A DNA stretch of 62,384 nt, the filler included. It is 7 parts of 7 records of this genome, joined end to end, with 100 filler letters (N's around TTAATTAATTAA, not from the genome) between each part and the next. Parts side by side here need not be neighbours in the genome. Positions count along the whole stretch, not along the records: positions 43,525 to 52,559 come from SRR2962707_2644; positions 52,660 to 62,384 come from SRR2962707_2646; 5 more parts are not named here. One strand, 5' to 3'. The notes under the pieces were generated by a model. It was not told the origin of the DNA and did not search any database. It worked only from the letters and a program-made list of their open reading frames with translations. A program made the translations under genes and the position numbers. Positions 48,399 to 57,473 of the stretch are shown here, in pieces. Position 1 is the stretch's first letter; each line of letters begins with the position of its first letter.

Positions 48399-49091
48399 AT
48401 GTTCAATATCGACCAGATCCTGAAATCCTTGCAGACCGACCAGAACACCCAACGCACCGCCATGACCGGCGCGGCCGGCCTTGCTGCAGGCATGCTCCTG
48501 TCTGGTGGCAAACCCGGGAAACTTCTGGGCAATGCAGTAAAGGTTGGCGCGATCGCGGCGGTCGGTGGCCTCGCCTACAAGGCCTGGCAGAACCATCAGC
48601 AGGGCCAGTCGGCACCCGCCGGCGCGCAGCCGCCGCGCGAAGACGCCTTCATCCCCGCCCCCGCCGATACCGCAGCGCAGGAAGAACTGGGCAAGACCCT
48701 TGTGCGCGCCATGATCGCCGCCGCCAAGGCCGATGGCCGTATTGACGCAGAAGAAAAGGAAGCGATCTTCGAAAGGCTCAAGACCATGCCGCTGTCCGCC
48801 GAGGAGAAGGCCTGGGTCTTTGACGAGCTCTCGACACCGCTCGATATCAATGCCGTTATCGCTCGCGCCGATACGCCCGAACACGCCGCCGAGATCTACG
48901 CCGCCTCGCTCGTCGCGATCAGCGCCGATACGGCGGCCGAGCAGGCTTATCTCGAGGCGCTGGCCATCAAGCTCAAGCTTGACCCGGCCCTGGTGGCCGA
49001 AATTCACCGCCAGGCCGATGAAAAGGCCCCTCAGCCTGCCGCAGCCCCGCCATCGCCCTGGGCCTATACACCCAATACAAGCAACGTCTGA
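48399..49091 (+). CDS. DUF533/YebE (TerB-like) protein
   Basis: GGLAYKAWQ, RAMIAAAKADG.ID, EIYAAS. Confidence 0.88.
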   Translation: MFNIDQILKSLQTDQNTQRTAMTGAAGLAAGMLLSGGKPGKLLGNAVKVGAIAAVGGLAYKAWQNHQQGQSAPAGAQPPREDAFIPAPADTAAQEELGKTLVRAMIAAAKADGRIDAEEKEAIFERLKTMPLSAEEKAWVFDELSTPLDINAVIARADTPEHAAEIYAASLVAISADTAAEQAYLEALAIKLKLDPALVAEIHRQADEKAPQPAAAPPSPWAYTPNTSNV

Positions 49092-49143
49092 ATTTACCGG
49101 GCTGCGCGGACACGGTCTGCGCAGCCCGAACGCGTCGCGCCAC

Positions 49144-49590
49144 TCAGTTCCAGTTGTCGATACTGACATCTTTCGGATGCGGCGAGCCCTGGCCCGTTTC
49201 CAGCAGGGATTTCAAGCTCATCAGGAACATCGCCCATTTGGTGCTGCAATGGTGCATGGCTTCGCTCGGCGCGGCCCAGCCGGCATGCTTGAACATCACC
49301 AGCGTGTAGTCGTCCGCCTGGCTGATATCGAAGCTGATCCGGCTGCCGATCCAGTCATCCGGCCCGTTCATCACCTGCCACTCGACCCGCTTGCCGGGAA
49401 CCTGCTCCAGCACCTTCATCACGAAGAATCCGGTTTCGCCGAAGGTGAACCGGATCAGCTTGCCGGCAGCATCGTCCAGTTTCACATCATTGGTCCACCA
49501 TGCGCCCAGCCCCTCAAGTTGCGTCAAGGCCAGAAAGGCCTCTTGCGGGCTCGACGACTTGGCGCCAACCTTGTGTAGGATATCGTGCAT
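49144..49590 (-). CDS. SRPBCC/AHSA1 domain protein
   Basis: GLGAWWT, F.HAGW, CSTKWAMFLMSLK..LETGQG.P. Confidence 0.88.
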   Translation of the reverse strand: MHDILHKVGAKSSSPQEAFLALTQLEGLGAWWTNDVKLDDAAGKLIRFTFGETGFFVMKVLEQVPGKRVEWQVMNGPDDWIGSRISFDISQADDYTLVMFKHAGWAAPSEAMHHCSTKWAMFLMSLKSLLETGQGSPHPKDVSIDNWN

Positions 49591-49673
49591 TGTTGCTCTC
49601 CTGCATATCTAACCGTTGAAATTGGCCGCTTCGGGCGGCTCGAGGGCAAACTAGGGGGCGCCGGCGCCATGGC

Positions 49674-49695
49674 GGGAGTGACACTTGTGTCGGGA
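49674..49695 (-). promoter_or_regulatory. Putative operator, copy 1 (upstream of the SRPBCC gene)
   Basis: TCCCGACACAAGTGTCACTCCC; TAGTTT follows after 20 nt; 18/22 identical to 50878-50899. Confidence 0.6.
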
Positions 49696-49700
49696 TTGGC

Positions 49701-50921
49701 ATGGACGCCGTAATCACCGCCGCGGGGCATGCGCTGGCGCATGGCGACATCCTCGGCGCCCTCAAGCGTGTGGCCCTGCGTGAAGACCCCGCTGCACTCG
49801 CCCTGCGGGGCATTGCCATGGCGCAATTGGGCGATCTGGAGCGCGCCCGAACGCTTCTTAAGACAGCGGCCCGCAAATTCGGTCCGAGGGAGGTGACCGC
49901 GCGGTCTCGCTGTCGCCTGGCAGAAGCCGAAATCGCCCTGGTCTCGCGCGATCTCAATGCGCCGGCGCTCAAGCTGACCCAGGTTCGCGCGGATTTGGCT
50001 GCCCATGGCGACCTGACCAACGCCGCCCATGCGACTCATCTCGAAGCGAGACGCCTGTTGCTGCTCGGCCGCGCCGATGCGGCTCAGGCCTTGCTCGACA
50101 CATCCAACGCCCCACCAGCCATGCCCAGCCTCATGGCCGGGCGCCAGCTCCTCATCGCCGACATCGCCGCGCGTCACATGCGCATCGCCATCGCGCGACA
50201 AGCTCTGGCAGACGCGGCCGACAGCGCAGCGCGATCCGGCATTGCCGCCCTCTCCGCCGAGATCGAAAGCTTTCGCGAAAACCTCGATGCCCAGTCGGTT
50301 CGCCTGACGCGCAATGGCGCCGGCGCCCTGGTATCGATCGATAGCGTCGAGACCGTTCTGAAGTCAGAGGCCCTGGTGGTCGACGCCTGCCGCAATCTCC
50401 TGCGCCAGAGCGGCGTCACCGTTCCATTGGCCAGCCGTCCGGTGCTGTTCGCCCTTCTGCGCAGCCTGGCCATGCGGTGGCCCGCCGAAGTCAGCCGCGC
50501 CACCCTGCTCGCCGAGGGTTTTGGCGCCAAGTTCACTGATGAATCGCACCGCGCCCGCCTGCGCGTCGAGATTGGCCGGCTACGGACACTGATCGACGGC
50601 CTGGCGGACTTCGAGTCCACATCGCTTGGCTATCGGCTGGTCACCCGTCCGGGTCGGGACGTCGTCGTTCTGGCCCCGCCTGATGAAACCCGTCACGCGG
50701 CTATTCTGGCCCTGATGGCCGATGGAGAGGCCTGGTCCAGCTCGGCGCTGGCTCTGGTCGTCGGCACCAGCCCCCGGACCGTGCAACGCGCTCTGGAGGA
50801 ATTATCGGCTGCCGGCCGCGTTCAAAGCTTCGGCAAAGGCCCGGCCCAACGCTGGATAACCAGACCCCTGCTGGGTTTCCCGACAATACTGTTACTCCCG
50901 GGTCCGCTGCCCGGACGTTAG
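49701..50921 (+). CDS. Multi-domain putative transcriptional regulator (helical N-terminus, winged helix, C-terminal HTH)
   Basis: RPVLFALL..LA..WP; RARLRVEIGRLR; WSSSALA...SPRTVQRAL. Confidence 0.8.
   Translation: MDAVITAAGHALAHGDILGALKRVALREDPAALALRGIAMAQLGDLERARTLLKTAARKFGPREVTARSRCRLAEAEIALVSRDLNAPALKLTQVRADLAAHGDLTNAAHATHLEARRLLLLGRADAAQALLDTSNAPPAMPSLMAGRQLLIADIAARHMRIAIARQALADAADSAARSGIAALSAEIESFRENLDAQSVRLTRNGAGALVSIDSVETVLKSEALVVDACRNLLRQSGVTVPLASRPVLFALLRSLAMRWPAEVSRATLLAEGFGAKFTDESHRARLRVEIGRLRTLIDGLADFESTSLGYRLVTRPGRDVVVLAPPDETRHAAILALMADGEAWSSSALALVVGTSPRTVQRALEELSAAGRVQSFGKGPAQRWITRPLLGFPTILLLPGPLPGR
50878..50899 (+). promoter_or_regulatory. Putative operator, copy 2 (inside the regulator 3' end, upstream of the propeller gene)
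   Basis: TCCCGACAATACTGTTACTCCC; TAGGCT follows after 19 nt. Confidence 0.6.
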
Positions 50922-50956
50922 GCTAGCGCCAGTTATTCGTTTCCAGGGAGCATCCC

Positions 50957-51595
50957 ATGAAGACCAGTCTAGCAAACATCATCGAGGAGTATGGCCCCTT
51001 CCCCGGCGTTACGGATGTGCATGGCGTCACCTTTGACGGCCAGTATGTCTGGTTCGCCTCAGGCGAGCAGCTCAACGCCATCAACCCTGATGGCGGCGCT
51101 CAAATCCGAACGCTTACCACGCCAGCCTATGCGGGCACCGCTTTTGACGGGACGCATCTGTTCCAGATTGCCGAGGACAGGATCAACCGCCTCGACCCAG
51201 CAACAGGTGCCATATTGAGTTCCATCCCCACACCCGGCGATAGCGCCTCGGGTCTCGCCTGGGCCGAAGGCTCGCTCTGGGTTGGTGAGTATCGCGCCCG
51301 GCGTATCCACCAGATCGACCCCGAAACCGGCGACATCCTGCGCAGCATCGAATCCAACCGCTTCGTGACCGGGGTGACCTGGGTCGATGGCGAACTCTGG
51401 CATGGCACCTGGCAGGACGAGCGCAGCGATCTCCGCCACATCGATCCTGTTTCCGGCAATGTCATTGAGCTGGTCGAAATGCCCGAGGGAATGGGCGTGT
51501 CGGGGCTGGAATCCGACGGGGCGGACCGCTTTTTCTGTGGCGGCGGCAGCAGCGGCAAGCTGCGCGCAGTGCGTCGTCCGGGCCGGGGCGTCTGA
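50957..51595 (+). CDS. Beta-propeller protein (Vgb-lyase/glutamine cyclotransferase-like)
   Basis: Repeats GVTFDG, GTAFDG, GLAWAEG, GVTWVDG, each followed by (I/L)xP..G. Confidence 0.8.
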   Translation: MKTSLANIIEEYGPFPGVTDVHGVTFDGQYVWFASGEQLNAINPDGGAQIRTLTTPAYAGTAFDGTHLFQIAEDRINRLDPATGAILSSIPTPGDSASGLAWAEGSLWVGEYRARRIHQIDPETGDILRSIESNRFVTGVTWVDGELWHGTWQDERSDLRHIDPVSGNVIELVEMPEGMGVSGLESDGADRFFCGGGSSGKLRAVRRPGRGV

Positions 51596-51817
51596 CTATT
51601 TGCCGCTACGCTTGATCGACTTGATCTCCAGTGGCGGAACACCGGACTTTTCCGAGATGGCGCGGTCCTGCTCCATGATGGCGGCACGCGCCGGCTCATC
51701 GCCATCGAGGCCTCCAAGCAGGCTCGCATCCACCTTGCGGTTGGACCGCTGCGAGCCGTCCTCATAAACGATATCGAACATCACGAATTCTGTGCGGGCG
51801 GTCGGTTTCCTGGCCAT
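51596..51817 (-). CDS. Conserved small alphaproteobacterial protein
   Basis: FDIVYEDGSQRSNRKV...GGLDGD. Confidence 0.75.
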   Translation of the reverse strand: MARKPTARTEFVMFDIVYEDGSQRSNRKVDASLLGGLDGDEPARAAIMEQDRAISEKSGVPPLEIKSIKRSGK

Positions 51818-51891
51818 TCTGGCATCCTTTCAAAACAGAAACCGCGAGCCGGCATGGCTCGCGGTCGTCAGTCAATTTGTACTTGAGCGTC

Positions 51892-52179
51892 TTAGCGGTA
51901 GATCTGGTCGCCCTGCTCGTCGATGATCTGGCGTCCCTTGCTCAGCGCCAAAGCCACCAGATCCTCGCGCGAACTCATCTTGTCGGCGCGGATAAAGCGG
52001 TAGGTCTTGAGTTCATCCCCCACCTGCTTTTCGATCAGGCCTGCAAGCTGCAATTCGCTGCCGGCCTTCATCTCGATGGCCTTGATCTGATAGCCCTTAT
52101 AGCCCTCTTCGCCCAGAACCTTGTCGCCTTCCGGTTCCGGGGCGGCGCCACCGCCGAAGAGCTTCTTGAAGAACGACAT
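51892..52179 (-). CDS. Alphaproteobacterial HlyU-family protein
   Basis: MSFFKKLFGG, YKGY, FIRAD, KGRQIIDEQG. Confidence 0.8.
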   Translation of the reverse strand: MSFFKKLFGGGAAPEPEGDKVLGEEGYKGYQIKAIEMKAGSELQLAGLIEKQVGDELKTYRFIRADKMSSREDLVALALSKGRQIIDEQGDQIYR

Positions 52180-52484
52180 TACGGGCCTCCTATTTGTCCT
52201 GTTCTGCGCGCTGGCCGGGGTCGCTGCAGCTCACCGCGCTTGTCCATCTCCTCCTGCAACCAAAGCGGCGAGATGTCAAAATAGTTCGGCCAGATGGGCT
52301 TGCCGTTCACCAGATCGACCTGGGCGAAATAGCGCCGATCCCGCAATGCTTCAGTGCCCTCGCCCCGCTCCGCCAGCATCGTGGCCGCATTGAACGTGCC
52401 GAATGTGCCGTCCGAAAACGTCACCACCAGCTTGAACGGGATGGCGGTGCGCAGCGAGGTGAGTTTGAGCCGGGGAGCAGCCAT
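52179..52484 (-). CDS. DUF2442 domain protein
   Basis: L.VTFSDG, LRD..YFAQV, WPN.FDISP..L. Confidence 0.7.
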   Translation of the reverse strand: MAAPRLKLTSLRTAIPFKLVVTFSDGTFGTFNAATMLAERGEGTEALRDRRYFAQVDLVNGKPIWPNYFDISPLWLQEEMDKRGELQRPRPARRTGQIGGP

Positions 52485-52495
52485 CAGCTACTCTC

Positions 52496-52559
52496 CTAGT
52501 TATCCAGGAAGCTCCTGAGCTTCCGGCTCCGGCTCGGGTGCTTGAGCTTGCGCAGCGCC
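52496..52559 (-). CDS. rpoD: RNA polymerase sigma70 RpoD, C-terminal fragment
   Basis: ALRKLKHPSRSRKLRSFLDN*. Confidence 0.92.
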
Positions 52560-52659
52560 NNNNNNNNNNNNNNNNNNNNNNNNNNNNNNNNNNNNNNNNN
52601 NNNTTAATTAATTAANNNNNNNNNNNNNNNNNNNNNNNNNNNNNNNNNNNNNNNNNNNN
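52560..52659. other. Artificial contig linker
   Basis: N44-TTAATTAATTAA-N44. Confidence 0.99.
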
Positions 52660-52806
52660 TCGCCCTGAACTTGATTCAGGGCCCATATTGTCGGTTTCGT
52701 ATCCTCTGACTTTCGGATGTATGGATGCTGAATCAAGTTCAGCATGACGTAAGTCTGGACCCCGGCCTGCGCCGGGGTGACGCGTCGGATAGGGGCTGGG
52801 ATGACG
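52660..52806. repeat. REP/RPE-like palindromic elements
   Basis: Inverted pair CCCTGAACTTGATTCAGGG / GATGCTGAATCAAGTTCAGCATGACG, then CTGGACCCCGGCCTGCGCCGGGGTGACG. Confidence 0.8.
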
Positions 52807-52809
52807 CAC

Positions 52810-53433
52810 TCAGGTGCGCGGCCACTGGCCCTTGAACGGGGTCTTGAGGGCACGGGCGACAAGCTCCAGATGGTCCTGGCCGTAAAACATGTCGCCGTCG
52901 ACGAAGTAGGTGGGCGAGCCGAAGACCGAGCGTTCAATGGCTTCGGCCGTATTCTTTTCGTAAACGGCTTTCACATCCGCGCTATGCACCGCATCCAGCA
53001 GTGGCGCTGGATCAATGCCGACTTCGAGAGTCAGCGTCTCAAGCGTGTCCGGGGCGGCAAGATCGGCATCGTCCCGCCAGTGGGCTTCAAGGAACCGGTG
53101 CGCGAGCGCATCAACATCGCGTCCCTGTGAGATCGCGGCGATGAGCATGCCGTTCGACAACGCAATGTCATTGGCGTGATGGGTCGGCCAGGGAAGGATA
53201 TCGATGCCCCGCGCTTCGGCCCAACGCTCGATCTCGCGGCCAGAGAAATAGGCCCGGTGTTGCGGTGTCCGGCTGTTGTGCGCGCCCGGACCCGTCTCGG
53301 CGATAACGGCGCGTAAATCCATCGGCCTGTGTTCGATGCGGCGTCCGCCCGCCTTTGCGATATCCATGAAGAGTTGCGAGCCGATATAGGCATAGGCGGA
53401 ATGTGCCGAATAAAAATATTCAATGACCTTCAT
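52810..53433 (-). CDS. DsbA-like HCCA isomerase / kappa-GST family protein
   Basis: IEYFYS..SAYAY; VFGSPTYFVDGDMFYGQD. Confidence 0.88.
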   Translation of the reverse strand: MKVIEYFYSAHSAYAYIGSQLFMDIAKAGGRRIEHRPMDLRAVIAETGPGAHNSRTPQHRAYFSGREIERWAEARGIDILPWPTHHANDIALSNGMLIAAISQGRDVDALAHRFLEAHWRDDADLAAPDTLETLTLEVGIDPAPLLDAVHSADVKAVYEKNTAEAIERSVFGSPTYFVDGDMFYGQDHLELVARALKTPFKGQWPRT

Positions 53434-53437
53434 GGCA

Positions 53438-54133
53438 TTAATCCGCCAGTGCCATGTCGACGACAGCACGGCAATGCAGGTCGGTGGTGGAATACGTCGG
53501 CATGTCGATGTCGCCGGGTGCAATCAGAAGCGGAATCTCCGTGCAGCCGAGGATGATGCCTTCGGCACCGCGGCCGTTCAGGTCGTTCATCAGGCTGACG
53601 TATCCGGCGCGGGTTTCGGGCAGGAATTGATCCTTCACCATTTCATTCATGATCGAGGCATCGATGAAATCCCGTTCCTGGTCGTTGGGGACCATTGTGT
53701 CGATACCGTATGTCGTCAGTACTTCCTGATAGAATGTGCCTTCCATGGTCTTGCGAACCCCGAGCAGGGCCACGGTCGATAGGCCGTCAGCCTTGATTGC
53801 CGCGCCGGTAGCTTCTGCAATATGCAAAAACCGAATGTTCAGATGCGGCTGAATCTCGGGGACGAACCGGTGCACATCATTACAGGTGATCACCAGGAAT
53901 TCGGCACCGCCGGCCTCGACGGCCTTGGCGGTCTTAAGGATCATGTCACACACTGCGGCCTCGTTTTTGTCGCGGATGACATGATCGACATATTGCTGCC
54001 GGTTGACGCTTTCCAGAATCAGATGTGCCGAATGGACGCCGCCCAGCGCCTCATTCATCATGGTATTCAGTAAACGGTAGTACGCTGCGGTTGAAACCCA
54101 GCTCAGGCCACCGATCAGGCCGATTTTTTTCAT
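53438..54133 (-). CDS. Asp/Glu racemase family protein (RacX/YgeA-like)
   Basis: IGLIGGLSW.ST, CN..H, ILGCTEIP. Confidence 0.9.
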   Translation of the reverse strand: MKKIGLIGGLSWVSTAAYYRLLNTMMNEALGGVHSAHLILESVNRQQYVDHVIRDKNEAAVCDMILKTAKAVEAGGAEFLVITCNDVHRFVPEIQPHLNIRFLHIAEATGAAIKADGLSTVALLGVRKTMEGTFYQEVLTTYGIDTMVPNDQERDFIDASIMNEMVKDQFLPETRAGYVSLMNDLNGRGAEGIILGCTEIPLLIAPGDIDMPTYSTTDLHCRAVVDMALAD

Positions 54134-54285
54134 GAATTCTTCCTCTTTTCGCTTTGACGATATAGCGGCATATCGGCGGTGGATGATCAAGCATCTGAAA
54201 ACAGTTATTGCCTGCAATTCGTGTATAGGCGGTGGACTCTCGGCGCAGGCGGCGCAATGATGAGGTGCTCAGCAGGGGAAACGAA

Positions 54286-56151
54286 GTGCGGCAGAATCTC
54301 GCGCAAAAAACCTATGACGTTTTTATCTATGAAGACGAACGCTGGTTGCTTGATTCACACCATGCAATCCGTTCCGCAGCCCTTGAGCGTGCCGAAGTTC
54401 TGCTGGCCGATAAACGCTTTGAAGGTGTGCGGGTCGTGGCTGAGAGCCAGCGAACCGGCGAGGAAGAAGTCGTCCTCGAGGAAATGATCGATCTCGGCGA
54501 CAAGCCGGTCAAGATCGTCCCTATCGAAGAAGCGCCGGTTTGCGAGCAGATCGGGGACTATTATCTTTTTCCAGCGCGTCAGGCTGCAGGCCGGCTGCTC
54601 AGGGAGTTCCTGGAGCAAAAAGGCCAGACGGCCATCGAACTTGCCTTTGATTATGGTGCGCTTCGGCTATTGGAGCGGAACGACAAACTGTTTCCCGCCG
54701 CGATAAGCAGGATTGGCACCATTCAAGCCCGTAAAATGGGTGCCAAGCCTGGCGATCGAAACGATGTTCTCTATGCGGCATTCGCGGAAATCCGGGAAAA
54801 TGCGCGGGTCGCCGGTGAAGACAAGACCCGCCTCGGCTTCCTGGAAAACCTCAGTCTTGAAGGACTGGTCGGAAAGGCCCCGAGGGATGCCGCGGGACGG
54901 CGCATATATGTCTTGGGCGGTCTGGCCGCGGCCCTGCAGAAACGCGGTGACTGGTCGGACAAGCTGGCGCTGCTGCTTGAACTTGGCGAGAAAACGTCAG
55001 ATGCCCTGTTGGTGGAATTTCTCGACGATATTGCGGCAGAGGTTGTCGACAGTCCAACGGCGGTCAAGGATCTGTTTGGCGGCTTTGCCGATCCGATGTC
55101 TGCACTTCGCGATATCATTCATCTGACACAGGGGCGGTACAAAACCAGGAACACCCGGTCGTGTATCGAAGCATTCAACAAATTCATTGCATCACGGCCG
55201 ATGCCGCGAACCAAACAAATCCTTTTGGGGAAGGTTTCCAAGACCATTGGCGGCATTCGACCACTCACTCGTGAGGGGAATAAAGCGGATCAGGAAGCCT
55301 TTCGTAGTTTGATACGCGAAATGACGGACTCAGCCGGTGTTGCCGGCGGTCCCGATATGGCAGGTGCCATTGTTGAACGGGCACGCATCATATTTGCCGA
55401 TCCGGATGATTTAACTACGGAAGATGCCATCAGTCATGTCCTGGCGCTGTTCCCCTACAGAGCAGTGCGCCTTGGATTTCTTCTCGACATGATCGGCTCC
55501 AAAATCGGGCAGAAGAATGAGCAGGCTGTGCTGAATGTGATGGCGCGTCTTGTGCAGCAACTGACGTCGCTGTCATCGCTGGTCCCGGCGGATATGCCGC
55601 GCGATCAGGTGCAGGACGTCATGGCAGGCCTGAAATTGAAGTTGGCATCGGAAGCGCTGCCCGAAAAATGGCGGGCCCTGTTTTCTGATACACTGGACAG
55701 GCTGGTGTCCCGTGATGAAAAGACAAACGATAAACCTGCGGCTGAAGAGGGTACGGCCGTGGTCTTTACAATGGAGGATGCGACCGTGACGAACCAGAAG
55801 ATCGAACGGCGCGACGTCGATGATGGAGAAATCCTGTTTGAAGAAGGGGACGCTGCGGATAAGGCCTACCTTGTTTTGGATGGCAAAGTGCAGATTTTCA
55901 GAACTTCGGGAAATGAGGAAATCGTACTGGCGACGCTGGGACGTGGCGATATCCTGGGCGAAATGTCTCTGATCGACAATCAACCTCGCATGGCATCCGC
56001 ACGGGTGATGGGTAAAGCCAGGCTGACGGTCATCACGCAGGATGACCTGGCATCCCGTCTTGGAAAACTCGATGATAATGACAAGGTTTTGCGGCGCCTG
56101 ATCGATGTTTTCGTGAACCGTTTGCGGGGGCAGGGCCGGTTGTTCGAGTAG
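54286..56151 (+). CDS. Large helical protein with a C-terminal cNMP-binding domain
   Basis: LFEEGD...GEMSLIDNQPRMASA; no Crp HTH; start uncertain. Confidence 0.8.
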   Translation: MRQNLAQKTYDVFIYEDERWLLDSHHAIRSAALERAEVLLADKRFEGVRVVAESQRTGEEEVVLEEMIDLGDKPVKIVPIEEAPVCEQIGDYYLFPARQAAGRLLREFLEQKGQTAIELAFDYGALRLLERNDKLFPAAISRIGTIQARKMGAKPGDRNDVLYAAFAEIRENARVAGEDKTRLGFLENLSLEGLVGKAPRDAAGRRIYVLGGLAAALQKRGDWSDKLALLLELGEKTSDALLVEFLDDIAAEVVDSPTAVKDLFGGFADPMSALRDIIHLTQGRYKTRNTRSCIEAFNKFIASRPMPRTKQILLGKVSKTIGGIRPLTREGNKADQEAFRSLIREMTDSAGVAGGPDMAGAIVERARIIFADPDDLTTEDAISHVLALFPYRAVRLGFLLDMIGSKIGQKNEQAVLNVMARLVQQLTSLSSLVPADMPRDQVQDVMAGLKLKLASEALPEKWRALFSDTLDRLVSRDEKTNDKPAAEEGTAVVFTMEDATVTNQKIERRDVDDGEILFEEGDAADKAYLVLDGKVQIFRTSGNEEIVLATLGRGDILGEMSLIDNQPRMASARVMGKARLTVITQDDLASRLGKLDDNDKVLRRLIDVFVNRLRGQGRLFE

Positions 56152-56169
56152 ACCCTGAAAAATCGCAAA

Positions 56170-56580
56170 TCACCTGCTGGTTTCATGCCCTGGCAGGTTG
56201 GCAGGGATATCAGCCCACTTCACACGAGACCGTGTCCAGCTTTGATACGCCGGTTTGATAAGTTCAGGGTCATCAAACGCACCGGCTTTGACGTAGACCA
56301 TGTCTATGTGTGATGGCGACGATGTATAAAGCGGTGCGCCGCAATCGCCGCAGAAATGGCGGGTCAGCTTATTGCCGCTGTCGGCGGTTTTTGTGAATTC
56401 ACGCGGGTGGCCTTTGGTCACCTTGAAGCCGGAAGTTTTCAAGCCGACGGAAATGTTGAATGCGCTGCCTGTGGTGCGTCTGCAATCCGTGCAATGGCAA
56501 TAGGCAGCTTCTGCAATGTCGCCGGCATACTCGAATGTGACAGCGCCGCAAAGGCAGGCGCCTGTTGCATTTTTACTCAT
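56170..56580 (-). CDS. GFA (Mss4-like, Zn) family protein
   Basis: GACLCG, CHCTDCRR, FCGDCG. Confidence 0.92.
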   Translation of the reverse strand: MSKNATGACLCGAVTFEYAGDIAEAAYCHCTDCRRTTGSAFNISVGLKTSGFKVTKGHPREFTKTADSGNKLTRHFCGDCGAPLYTSSPSHIDMVYVKAGAFDDPELIKPAYQSWTRSRVKWADIPANLPGHETSR

Positions 56581-57458
56581 GATGAACCTGCTTCCTGTGT
56601 TTTCTTCTTGGGACCCAACAGGATCGTGCCGGCAACGCCGATCATGATCAGTATCATCCCGGAACTGCGTAGCGTACCGAAACTTTCATCAAACACGATA
56701 TACGATGCAAGAACACCGGCACAGGGTGCAAATAATGCAAACGGGGTTACCATCACGGCCGGATACGTGTTCAGCAAGCGGCCCCAGATGGCGTAAGCCA
56801 GTGTCGTAGAAATAATACTCATATAGCCGAGCGATAGCAGACTGATAAGCGAAGCTTCCTGAAACGTGCCGATCAGATCAAAACTGTCGCCGATTAAAAA
56901 TGAAAATGCCAAGGCCGGTAATGGCGGCACAAGACTGAGCCAAATCATCAGAGCCAGCATGTCCACGCCCTGCAGTCGTTTCAGAATGGTGTTGCCGACA
57001 GACCAACTGACAGCGCCTGTCAGTGTCAGACAGAGGCCCAGATATGTAAGGTTCCCGTCGACACTGGCAAACACCATGCCCAGGCCGATACAAGCGATCG
57101 CAACAGCGGAAAGCTGACGGGGCAGGGGGATTTCCCGTAGCACGACTGCCGCAATGATGATGGTGAACAGCGCCTGGGTATGCGTGGCAACAGATGCAAG
57201 CCCTGGCGGCATACCTGCTTCGTAGGAAAAGAACAGAAACATGAACTGCCCGGTAAACAGGAACAGGCCGAGCGCGATCAGCAGTCCCCATGATATATCG
57301 GGCTTCTTGATGAAAAAGACAGGCAGGGCGGCAATGATGAACCTGAATGCCGTCAGCTGGGATGGCGTGAAGCTATCGAGCGCAAATCTCGTCGCAATAA
57401 ACGCCAGTCCCCAGATGATTGCCACCGAGACCGCCAAAAGGATATCGGTGCCTTTCAT
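56577..57458 (-). CDS. EamA (O-acetylserine/cysteine exporter-like) DMT transporter
   Basis: IWGLAF, GQF.FLF, GMPPGLAS, Y.IW..LL..YPA..V.PF.L. Confidence 0.87.
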   Translation of the reverse strand: MKGTDILLAVSVAIIWGLAFIATRFALDSFTPSQLTAFRFIIAALPVFFIKKPDISWGLLIALGLFLFTGQFMFLFFSYEAGMPPGLASVATHTQALFTIIIAAVVLREIPLPRQLSAVAIACIGLGMVFASVDGNLTYLGLCLTLTGAVSWSVGNTILKRLQGVDMLALMIWLSLVPPLPALAFSFLIGDSFDLIGTFQEASLISLLSLGYMSIISTTLAYAIWGRLLNTYPAVMVTPFALFAPCAGVLASYIVFDESFGTLRSSGMILIMIGVAGTILLGPKKKTQEAGSS

Positions 57459-57473
57459 CCGCCTTGCTTTCGT

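Noticed and set aside
49674-50899. IS element (inverted repeats around a ~1.2-kb gene)
   Set aside because: The protein shows no DDE, HUH or recombinase motifs, no target duplication is evident, and the right repeat lies inside the ORF.
8525-52659. Recurrent TTAATTAATTAA flanked by N-runs (six copies) and ORFs running into them
   Set aside because: Artificial linkers. Cross-contig associations (e.g. taurine genes with the enolase unit) are not evidence.
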